The notes beneath the pieces are model-generated. The model had not been told where the DNA came from, did not search any database, and worked only from the letters and a program-made list of their open reading frames with translations. Below, one piece after another: positions 42,829 through 53,666 of a stretch of DNA of 64,000 nucleotides. This DNA comes from Styela clava (lineage: Eukaryota). Where the stretch lies: contig NC_135255.1 of NCBI RefSeq assembly GCF_964204865.1, positions 15,190,001 through 15,254,000 on the forward strand, in the 5' to 3' direction. Each line of letters begins with the position of its first letter. Positions within the stretch are counted from its first letter, which is position 1. Made by a program: the position numbers and the translations under genes.

Positions 42829-42997
42829 CAGTAGTGGGATTCAGCCGGTTCGCACCGGTTCTATAGAATCGTCTTACGGAATTTTATGCGAATCAGCGAA
42901 CCGGTTAGCATTACATGACTTTTTGTAACAGAACCGCCTGGAAAATCGACATTTGTATGATGGAACCGGCTGACAAAAAATTTGATTCCCACCACTG
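42829..42997. mobile_element. hAT MITE
   Basis: CAGTAGTGGGATTCA...TGATTCCCACCACTG with perfect TSD GCTGCAAC. Confidence 0.85.
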
Positions 42998-43829
42998 GCT
43001 GCAACTTACATTCACAAATCGACTATTTATTGTAAAGATGAGTATATAATTTTCCCAATGTCCGTTTTGAGATCATTTCGTTTTAAAAAGATCACTTATT
43101 TTTTGTCCATCACGTTGTGCAAAGGGGCTTTCAAATGAAATTTGTTTTTTTAATGCTGGATAATTCCTAGAATAGACTTTTGAAGTGATGCACCGACCGA
43201 GGAGGTCTCAGTACCTGGGATATATTAGACGTAAGTCGTAGACTTCGAAATGAAATCACTATATCTTCGATGCATGACGATAATAATATTGTATATGGTG
43301 AAATCGGCTACTAATAGGTAATATATGTGAAGTAACAATGTTCACCTTATTTGGATAAATATACGTCGCAAAATTTGATTTTTGTTAATCGTAACCAAGG
43401 ATTAAAGCGTATTATCCGATGAAAACTGAATGCTGATAATAAAACATATTTGACAATGCAACGTTAGCACGTATAAGGTTACAATTGAAAAGCAGACCAT
43501 CAGAGCGATTATGTTTGGTCATCACTTCTAAACATAATCTAATCGACTTTTCCTATCTATAAAAGAAGTTTATTCTTCCAACCAGTAAAAATCAATTGCA
43601 AACGAAAAACACAAACACGAAAATTTACTTTAGCAGAGTAGCTGCGGGAAACTGGAACAGATATTTTAATACAATTTTCAAATTTACATATCATTTACAT
43701 ATTACTAGGCTTGTCAATGGAAATGGGACATTGTTCCTCAAATTATGCTGAAGCTATTTTATCTAGTATGAATCCTATGTGAAACTCACTAGTCACTACT
43801 CATCCGAAACTCTATCAATGTTTTTTGAA

Positions 43830-44415
43830 TACAAGAGAGCTACGTCCAAATATATGGACACGTCTGTTCGCAGTACAGTACGGTTTACCGTACCGTCAGA
43901 TCACAGTCTACAAATATATTCACACCAAGCGAAGCAGTACAGTAGGACTTCCAACTTTCGCTAAGGCGGTACGGTAACGTCCCCGCAGAAAAGAAAACCA
44001 ACATTATTGCAATACTGTACGGTACAGTACCGGTACCGTAGTAAGACAGCGTAAGGAAAAAATCGTAGCAAAGTACCGTAAGGACTTCGTTACGAACCAT
44101 CGACGTTCGATGGCACGTGATCAAAATGTAGGGGAGTGTCGGCTATGCGTTCGCAGAACGTTCGGCGACGTCATAGCAAACAAAAACAAATCTCACAGAG
44201 CTAACAGAAATATTTGAAATAAATAAAAGTAACAGCCTTCTTGAGAAAAAATTTCATCTTTAACCAGTAAAAATTTCGAAGCAATCGGTCCAGTAATGAA
44301 AGAGAAAAGCGGTTTTTTAGATTTCCCACTAGATGTCCAAAAAGTGTCAAAGAACAACAACAACAAGACCAACATAATATTGAAACGATCGTTATGTCCA
44401 CTACGTGTCCAATAA
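43830..44415 (-). mobile_element. Helentron/HINE-like repeat, copy 2
   Basis: Paralog of 14903-15341 with an extra ~150-bp GTACGG/TACCGT-rich block. Confidence 0.55.
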
Positions 44416-44489
44416 CAGTTTTTTGCCTCAAATGCATTAGCATTGTTTGCAGTGTATGAGAATATTGAATGAATGACTAACATCAAATT

Positions 44490-47325
44490 TAATACTTTCT
44501 CTCCGCAAAAGAATCGGGTTTCACTAACTACTCATCAAATCATATTCTTTGAAAATCGCATTTGAATATTGTAATTGATATTTAAGAATACCTTGTAAGA
44601 TTTGCATAGTTATTTAGGTCGCTGGCGGAAGTATGTATCATTTAAATATCCAAATGAGTAGAAAAATTTGCATTCATTTCGATTAATATAAGGCAATGTT
44701 GAGTGTTGGGAAAGGCACTCCCAAGATACAGTTTCTAGTAGAAATAACTATTAGAAATAGTTTTCTCGAATTTATTGAAATCTCCATGTGGGCCTTTTGA
44801 TGTGAGTGATATATATATAGGTAGTGTAAGTAAGAAGAAATATTTCTTTTTATACAGTGTAAACTTGTAGATAAAAAAGTTTTAACAGTCGTTCAAAATG
44901 AATCTGGTTGCAATCGCATGTTTGGTTGTAATATTGGCCTCTTCAGGTGAGTAAATAAATCCTTTGGAATATTCAAATATTGATCCAAATTATAAAAAAG
45001 AATCGAAATTTTAAAATATCTTCACAAATTTTCTTGCCTGTCAGAAAATTCTAAAATACAAAAATTAAAGTATGTTTTTATATCCGATGTTTTTCTAATA
45101 GTATCAGCTAAATAAATACCTGAAATATTGTGCTTATTAGCACTGATCACCAAGTAGTTTTGCCCCCTCGTAAATTGCATTAGTTACAATTTCCATAAAC
45201 AGGTAAACTTTCTTATGTCAATTAGGCCATGGAATACGGTGTTACGTATGCACCAATTGCAACGAAGCCAAACAGCTAAATGGTACTCAGCTTCAAAATT
45301 GCCCGGATTCCCTACCAGCTTGCTACAAAGTGTTTGCAAACGGTAAGCTATTCACGAATATTCCAAATAAAATGGAAATAGTCAGCACAGTTAACATTTA
45401 TTTAAAATATATAATTGTACACGAAGCCATTTTAAATATTTAAACAAAGTTTCTTATATGATCCATGATGTGCTTTTGATTTGGGCAATGATAACTTCAA
45501 TTGCCCTAAATACCAGAACATATATATCTTGACAGTTATAGCTGAAGTAGACGACCAGTTGGGTCAATAAACCAAAACCATCTGGCATTATCACTAATTT
45601 AAAACATTTAAGGTGATGTGACGAGGTCGTGTATTAGCGGCAATCTCGATGTTGGCTGTAAAACGGAAAATCAGATTGAAGCATGTGTGTGCAAAAAAGG
45701 TAAAATTGATTTGTGATATTTTAAGCAAATGAATGCAAACGATATACAGAAGGTGGGAAATAGTTCTTCTTCTTCATAAATTTATGGTGAATTAAATACG
45801 TAGCTTCTTCGAGCACAACAATTTTTCGTTTTACGAACGATAGCAAGATATTTTTTAAAACAAGAGAATAATGCTCAAATAAATAGACACGAAGTTCTAA
45901 TGTCCACGTCAAAGATCCTAATTTCGGGTAAACATACCTTATTTTAATGAAACTAGTCATTGACCACGTGTTGCCAAATTTACTCAGCGGGACATTAATT
46001 TGGTCCATGCTGGCACATTAAATGAAATAAAATAGATTTTTCGTGCGGTATCAGGCCGCATGGTGCTCAGAGAAAAAAATAAAAGTAATAGTCATCTGGC
46101 GATTTATTTATTCCAGATGAATGCAACGGGACTGGAACTGTCAAATCTACCGCCATATTTGGATTCGTCATCAGTTTCCTCGTCGCAAAGTTTAACATTA
46201 TATAGGGTGGTATAGAATGCAGAGTAAACGCCAATTTTTGATTTCAAGCCTGGGTATTTGGACATTTGTTCGAATTTTAATATTACTTTATAAAATAATG
46301 AATAGAATAGAAAAATATATAAAAGTTTGGCAAAACATGACTTCAGAATCTTCCCGTCAACTCAATGTTAAATATTGATAGTTCAATAAAACTTTTGACA
46401 ACTTTTTGAAATTCCGAAACTTAAAATAGGTTAATAACCAAAATAGCAGTTACAGCTTACAGATAAATCTCTTTTTTATAATCGATGTATAACCAAATCG
46501 ATGTTTTCGTAAATTTTAGTGTGTTATATAAAACTATTATTGTTATTTTTACTTCGTGCTGGAGTTATGTTCATAGGTGAGGAACAACCTATGATGGAGC
46601 TTTGACGAAACCATGGAAACGAAACCAGAAAAAATGCTGTTTCGTAATGATATATAATATAAAAGTTGACAGTTTTCAGAATATTACTTGTTTTATTACT
46701 GTAGTTAATGTTAAAATTTCATTTCAGTTGATATGATTGACTATAGTCCTTAATTGCATTGTACTCATGACGTCATATTTTATGATTAAAAAAATAAACT
46801 GTTTCAATGTCGAGTTGTTTTATTAATTTGGTAACTGAAAATGAATAGACTGAGTGCGAATGAAACTAAAAGAAAAAATCGAGGGAATCTTACAGTCAGT
46901 ACAACATCAGGTTACTCTAAAAATAAACCGAGAAAGACCCTTAAATAATTTTCCAACTAGGAAATCTATGTTATCTTTAGTTCGTACAATTACACGAGGA
47001 TGTTAAGCAAGTGTCCTCAAGATACAAATAGGAATACACAAATAGTCTAAACTTAGTTTTTCCAATTTACGACCATGATTTACGACAATTCCACGCAACG
47101 ATGTGTCTGATGTTAAAATATATATATTCTTTAATTATTCTAAGAGAAAGAATATACACGGCACTCAATTTATTTACGGCCAACCTAACCATTGGCTAGA
47201 TTCTGGTAAACGCTGGTATATTCAGCCAAGAAGAAGAACGCAGTACACCCGACACAACAAACAAATAACTAGAACAGCATTTTCATACCCGAAGCGGGTA
47301 TCAGTACAAGGCAATAAATATCTTC
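44490..47325 (+). repeat. Segmental duplication unit 1 (paralog ~55490-58640)
   Basis: Promoter, exons, introns and 3' flank align colinearly with the second Ly6/uPAR gene. Confidence 0.9.
44898..46205 (+). CDS. Small GPI-anchored Ly6/uPAR (three-finger-like) protein, copy 1
   Basis: Exons 44898-44946, 45226-45342, 45613-45699 and 46117-46205. Signal peptide MNLVAIACLVVILASS, a 10-Cys domain from IRCYVC to CVCKKDECN, and a hydrophobic C-terminal tail. Confidence 0.88.
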
Positions 47326-47327
47326 TT

Positions 47328-47539
47328 GGTTCCATTACATGTGAACCCACGTACATTTGAACTCACGACAATTGCACCCTGCATATACTATTGCACCTAT
47401 GGGAATTTGCACCTACGGATATTTGAACCCATACTAACCATAACCCATGGATTTTAGCACCTCATATAGATTGTATCCGCGTATATACGGGTGAAAATGT
47501 ATGGGTTCAAATGTACGTGGGTTCAAATGTGCTGTACCC
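47328..47539. mobile_element. Small TIR element with internal ~15-bp repeats (second copy ~61155-61326)
   Basis: ACATGTGAACCC/GGGTTCAAATGT inverted ends, flanked by ATCTTCT on both sides. Confidence 0.6.
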
Positions 47540-47550
47540 ATCTTCTAGTA

Positions 47551-48559
47551 CAGGGGTCACCAACCTTTTCGAGGCCGAGCGCTATTTTCTAGGTACAGAT
47601 TAGGTAAGCCGCGGGCTACCAATTCAATGTACACTTCTAAAAAGTCGCGGCTGTGTGGCCATCGTTAGTGTGCTAAGCGTTAGGTTCGCAGATTAGAATC
47701 CCATGCGAGGATAGTTATGTGCGAGAGAATTGCTGGACCCCTTGCCGCCGTTGGGATGGCTTCCTTCGCCATCAAGTCCATGCTCACGAAAACAAATAAC
47801 TAACTAATCCCAAACCCGATATGAAATGGTAACCGGACGAGAGGCCATATGGTTTAGCCATCTTATCGGCTATCTTCTCCCCCGGGATAAATATGTAAAT
47901 CCCATCCTATTCTGAGTTTATGTCAAAAATGTTGATTCACAAAGATAAGTTGAACGAAACAATGGTCTCGTAAAATAGAATTGCTGTGTGATTTGAATCG
48001 CTAGCTTTTTTGATTGTAATGCGCTGACCAGTGGATAGTTAGCGCGGTGGATTGCGTGACAAGCCGTGAAATATCTTTTCGCTTTGCCGTCACTACAATC
48101 GCCCCACAAATGAGACACGCGCAGGCTGTTTTCATGGTGGTAAATATATATCCACCATCCCCATTCATCGTGAAAATGGTGGGTTTTTCATCGTTTTTCT
48201 GCCATTTTTCTTTGGAATCAATAATTATATTATTGCTGCTCCACAAATCAACGGACAAGAAAAAGCGCGGGTTCGTGGTAAGTGATATCAGTGTGATGTC
48301 ATAATTGGAAAAATATTAATTGACCCGTCACATTACTGAGGTCAAATAAAAATCAGGTTGATGGCTACAATAAATAATGTAGTGCCATTCCCGATTCCCA
48401 TATAAGTGTGAATTATACAAGAATAGCAAGACAAAATTTAATTGATGTAGCTCAATCATAAGCGCCGTTATTAAGCTTAGTTTGGAACAGACCTGCGGGC
48501 GACTCATATGGTCGTCACGGGCGACTTGGTGCCCGCGGGCAACGAGTTGGTGATCCCTG
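47551..48559 (-). mobile_element. Deleted hAT (Charlie/SPIN-like) element with transposase N-terminal remnant and a nested SINE (47646-47910)
   Basis: TIRs CAGGGGTCACCAAC / GTTGGTGATCCCTG, perfect TSD TTCTAGTA, remnant peptide YIFTTMKTACACLICGAIVVTAKRKDISR. Confidence 0.85.
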
Positions 48560-48832
48560 TTCTAGTATGACCATATCAAATAATAGAGACTCCTTCAGAG
48601 CGCGGCACGTCGTGGTTGTTGCGAGAAGGTAATTTGGAATACACGCAGCACTGATCTCAGCTCTGACCAAAGCTGTTCCGTCATTACACTCAGTAATCAG
48701 TAGTTTATTTTTTCACCATACCAAAAATACACATTGTACATACAAAATGAAGTAAAAAAAACAAAGAATTCCATTTTAAGGGTGGAAGGAGACACGATAA
48801 ACCAGGACTACTATATCGAGCAGCTACACCCG

Positions 48833-49019
48833 TGTGGTGTTAGTATTTATTTATAGTGTAATTATTAGATAAACAATGTACTCTTGATTACCCTAGTTCT
48901 GTCGTACTACACACTTTACTGTTTGCGTGTTATTCTATTGTTTACAGTGTTAAGTTGTGGTAGTGGTGTTCTTATGTTTAATAAAGCCTAGAATCAGTAT
49001 CCTGTTATCTTTCATAACA
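48833..49019 (+). mobile_element. Solo LTR (187 bp)
   Basis: TG...CA termini, internal AATAAA, perfect 5-bp TSD ACCCG. Confidence 0.75.
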
Positions 49020-49316
49020 ACCCGATACCTATTAAAATAAATCCAAGATTAAATCATACCAGAGTAAAACGTCGAACACTAAATACTAGCATAAATCGCC
49101 TATGGCATATGAATATGTTAAAGAAACCGGATATTTCCAGTATCAAAATGCGATGAAATTACTGAGGAAGAAAAGTTAATTATATTTGCGATGGCGACGT
49201 GTTCCTCAACAGGGTGCGACAATCACCAAGCACATTTATGGTACGTAATACTGTCGATGTTAGGGGAATTTGCCCAAAACTCGACTCGAGTGGGGCGCAT
49301 CGTGCTTAGCAATAGG

Positions 49317-49756
49317 GGCACTACAGAGGTATGTGTACCAATATGAAGGTAACTAATTTGTTCGCCTGCTCTAGATCAAGTTGTGTAAAGGGACGGAAGC
49401 CTATGGGCAGGGGGTATATTTACTTGGCTAACACAGACAGTACTCGGACTCGTAATAAAATTAAAATAAGGAAAATCGGAAGAAAATTATGGCCTAACCC
49501 TAACCTGGTACACATACTACGGGAGTACCGCTTTAGGATGATTCACGTAAGCGCTGCCCGCTGGTTAGTTACGGCTTCCCCCGCCATCAAGTCCATGCAT
49601 CTGAAAAAAATAAAAATAAATAACTGGCTAACTAATCCCATACCCGACAATGCGACATGGGCTGGTAATCGGACGAGAGGCCGTGGTTCGTCATATGATC
49701 AAGCCGTCTTATCTACTTTCCTCTCATCTGGGATAAATATATATGTAAATCCTATT
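49317..49756 (+). mobile_element. Merlin-type MITE (49317-49529) followed by a 5'-truncated SINE (49541-49756)
   Basis: Similarity to the other copies of each family. Confidence 0.8.
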
Positions 49757-51386
49757 CATTCGTTTTGTATTGGAGAAAGAAAATGTAAGTGAAGTTCTCT
49801 GCAAAGTTACATAGTGGTTTGTTGATGCCCTTGTCACAGTCACTAATTTCAGAATTTGTTTTAAACGAAAAGTCTTGAAGTTGAGCGGTATTCCGGTATC
49901 GTGCCTGTTGTACATCTCTTCATTCAGTTATTTACGTGTTACAGAGTTTGACGGCTTGATAATGGGGAAGCTAACGAAGTTTAAAATCGACTTAGTTGAT
50001 GATAAGGATATATATTATAGGGCAACAAAGATTCGACCCTATCTGCGTGTCCACACTCCCGTGTTATTGAACACACGTTAACAGAGTGTAACTCCGATCT
50101 TGACTCCTTCAGAGGTCAAAAAGCACACAATGTATTGAATGCCAATTGTTATATTGTAAAGTTGCACAATCGAATTGATCCAAATAACGAATTACACTTG
50201 AAACCTTAAAGCAAGTATATGTGATGAAACCAAATTTCTAACTAACAAAGAACGGCAAAGACAAGCTACACTGAGCGAGAAAAATATATCATAAAGGAAA
50301 TGAATTGGGACAACGACCTTGTTTCAGGCAAATAGCATGCACTACTAACAGTAAGTGGTAAAAATATTAAAATACACAGTAACTATCCTTATGTACTTGC
50401 TGCACAATTCCCCCCGACAATGAAAAAAATTAGTTTGCTTATTTTTAAATTTTGTAAGACTAGCTAATAACGATTTCTGATTGAATAATATGTCGTAAAA
50501 TTTGCCATGTATTGGTGTATTTAATTCTGCATCAAAGTCGCTGATGACCAACTAATGCAACGACACAGGAAAACCAATTTGATTGAGATACCTCCGGTTG
50601 AAGGATCTTTTGCGGTGAAATCTACAGATTTTCACGAAATCTTCGATAACACCCAGAACTAAGCCATTGCGTTTGGACAATCGACTTCTTTCTGTTTTGT
50701 AAAATAATGAGCGTAATAGTTGATTTGAAGAATATTGTTGACGTTAAGATTTCGTTCGTTGAAAACATTCCTCTAAGCTTTGAAAACCTGTCCAACTCTC
50801 GGATTTTTCAATCTGGGAAGATTGTCCGATGAATTGAGATGTAACAAGAGTGTGGTAGCGTTGAATTTCGGAGAGTCGACGGCCGTGCAAACTTTCGTAT
50901 CATAAACGTTCCAGACAAATGTAAACGCACTGTTGTATATTATATGATGTAATACCGCTAGGTGACGCTATTGACCCAGACTGATTTGACCTTGTATATC
51001 CGAGGCTGTCATTCATTTTCTATCTGTGCACGTGTTAAGTGCTGACTTGCTGTTTAGTCTGTTACTGCTATGGTGTCTTAATGTTGAAGTGCTCGACTCT
51101 TATAATAAAGTAGTGTTGTAATGGAAACTTGTGCTTGTTTATAAAGATCTAAAGGCAGAATACACTACAATTTGGCGATGAGGATGGGATTGGTCTGCTG
51201 CCGTATAGCGTTAACTGTTACAATGGGATCGGTCTGCTGCATGCCGGTGTCACAGTAAGTGTTTCAAGTCAACGTTATTACAAGTACCTGAAAAGAAGAG
51301 TCTGAAATATAGGCAGATGAAATTGTCTTTATAGACTGAAATTTATGAGCCTGAAATTCCATAGCTGAAAAATTACTATACCTGAA

Positions 51387-52853
51387 ATGACTACTTTTGG
51401 AAAAATAGAAGAGTATGGTAATGGCCAAGATTGGTTTGAATATGTTGAACGCTTAGGACATTTTTTTGAAGCAAACGAGATTGAAAGTGCTGATAAAAAG
51501 AAAGCCATATTATTAAGCGTTTGCGGGGCTCAAACATACAGTTTGATCAGAAACTTATGTGCTCCTGAAAAGCCTGGTGAAAAAACTTATGTCCAGCTGA
51601 AAGAACTTGTGAAAAAGCATCTCAACCCCAAACCATTGGTGATAGCAGAAAGAGTCAAATTTCATGAAAGAATCCAACATGATGGAGAAAAGGTGAATGA
51701 GTTCCTGGCACAGCTCAGGAAATTATCTGAACATTGTCAATTCGGTGAGTTCTTAAATGATTCACTAAGAGATAGATTTGTGAGTGGACTAATGTCAACT
51801 CGAATGAAACGTAAATTATTAACTGAAGTTGACCTAACTCTGCAGAATGCTGTGAAAATTGCTACTGGTATGGAATTGGCAGAAAAACAAGCCAATGAAA
51901 TAAGTTGCAAATTTGGAAAATTGCCAGTAGATGAAAGTAAACCAAAAGTTCATAAAGTTCAAAATAATCAAAGATTTGCAACGCGTTCTGAAATTCGAAA
52001 ATTCAAAGAATGTTTTCGATGTGGGAAAAGTAACCATCCTGCTGAAAGCTGTTTCTACAGAAATGCAAAGTGCCATAAATGTAAACGAATTGGGCATATA
52101 AGTCGAAAATGCTCAATGCAACGTAACTTCTATCGAGGTTCCAATCCTCTGAAAAGTAAAAAGTCTTCGAATTGTGACTACATGCAACCTACGAATGATG
52201 ATAACCTATCTTCGGACTGTTCTCAAAATGAAATGTGTCCTGTATTTACTACTAAGTCTAGTTCTTATGGTCCAATAGTAGTTCCACTGAGAATCGAAAA
52301 ATGTGATTGTAAATTTGAATTAGATACTGGTAGTGGGGTGTCACTCATTTCTGAAAGCATGTATGAAAAGAATTTTAAACATTTGCCCTTGCTGAAATCT
52401 AATGTTGTATTGACAACTTATACTGGTGAAAATATTACTGTCTTAGGTAAAGTGAATGCTACTGTTGAATATGAGTCGCAGTGTGTAAATTTACCTTTGC
52501 AAATTGTTCGTGGCAATGGTCCATTACTATTGGGTAGAAATTGGTTATCCCAATTGCAATTGAATTGGCATCGTATTTGTCATATTGGTTCCAAGCTCAC
52601 GCTTGAGAATATTTTGAAAAAGTACCCTGTTTTTGATAATTCCCTTGGTACTATAAAAGGTATAACTGCTAAACTAAGGGTGAAAGAGAGTGCCATTCCG
52701 AAATTCTACAAGCCACGTCCTGTTCCTTTTGCTCTTCGTGATAAAATTTCGGATGAGCTGAAAAGACTAGTAAATATGGGGGTCCTGAAAAAAGTTGAAA
52801 GTTCTGATTGGGCTTCACCCATTGTTCCAGTATTGAAAGGCCTGAATTGTTGA
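51387..52853 (+). CDS. Gag-protease ORF, truncated at the start of RT
   Basis: Two CCHC knuckles (CFRCGKSNHPAESC, CHKCKRIGHISRKC), aspartic protease LDTGS and LLGRNW, RT start WASPIVPVLK. Confidence 0.93.
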   Translation: MTTFGKIEEYGNGQDWFEYVERLGHFFEANEIESADKKKAILLSVCGAQTYSLIRNLCAPEKPGEKTYVQLKELVKKHLNPKPLVIAERVKFHERIQHDGEKVNEFLAQLRKLSEHCQFGEFLNDSLRDRFVSGLMSTRMKRKLLTEVDLTLQNAVKIATGMELAEKQANEISCKFGKLPVDESKPKVHKVQNNQRFATRSEIRKFKECFRCGKSNHPAESCFYRNAKCHKCKRIGHISRKCSMQRNFYRGSNPLKSKKSSNCDYMQPTNDDNLSSDCSQNEMCPVFTTKSSSYGPIVVPLRIEKCDCKFELDTGSGVSLISESMYEKNFKHLPLLKSNVVLTTYTGENITVLGKVNATVEYESQCVNLPLQIVRGNGPLLLGRNWLSQLQLNWHRICHIGSKLTLENILKKYPVFDNSLGTIKGITAKLRVKESAIPKFYKPRPVPFALRDKISDELKRLVNMGVLKKVESSDWASPIVPVLKGLNC

Positions 52854-53666
52854 GAATGCCTTCAACTACTTCTGAAAAGACTGTTGATGCATTGAGATAT
52901 TTATTTTCGAAATATGGACTACCTGAAATTTTGGTAAGTGAATGCTCCTAACCTGTCATCGAAAGAGTTTAGAGATTTTATGATACGAAATGGAATTAAG
53001 CAAATCTTCTCAAGTCCGTATCATCCGTCCTCTAATGGTGAGGCTGAAAGAAATGTGCGTACCTTCAAAACTGCACTGAAAACTTTAAAGAAATTACCTG
53101 GAACACTGAATCAGAAGTTGGCATCGTTCTTGTTAACTTATCGAACAACGCCACATTCTACAACGAAATGTACTCCAGCTGAATTATTCATGAAAAGAAG
53201 ACTGAGAACAAGATTAGATTTAATGAAACCTAATTTGAGTAATTCGATGCAGAAAAGAACAACTCCAGTGCAAAAGCCTATTAGAAATTTGGAAGTTGGA
53301 AATCGTGTTCAAGTTCGTGATTATAGAGATCCAAACCGAAAATGGATTCATGGAATAATCGTAAAGAAGTTGAGTCCTGTAACCTATCGTGTGAAAGTTG
53401 GTTCAATGATCTGGAAAAGACATATTGATCAAATATTGGACATGTCTAAAGTGAAATTAGAGAAATCATATGATAGTAGTTTGGATGATGACGTTTCATT
53501 GCCTTCTGTGTTTCCAAATACTGATGTAATTGATCTAATGTTGATATCCCTAGTGCTAATGAAAATTTGCCTGTTAATCCTAATGTTAGTACTGAAAGTG
53601 AAACCCAGTGCCCCGATGAAATTTCACGTTATCCGAAACGTCTTAGGGTTAAGCCTGAGCGGTTGA
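52840..53666 (+). pseudogene. Integrase core and C-terminal fragment
   Basis: FSKYGLPEILVS, SPYHPSSNGEAER, YRTTPHSTT and WKRHIDQ; frameshifted and lacking the N-terminus. Confidence 0.9.

Noticed and set aside
49331-49792. 153-aa ORF and related MGRGYIYL ORFs (12950, 21527)
   Set aside because: Read-through of MITE and SINE sequence with no protein motif.
51834-52097. Antisense ORF within gag
   Set aside because: Shadow frame of the coding strand.
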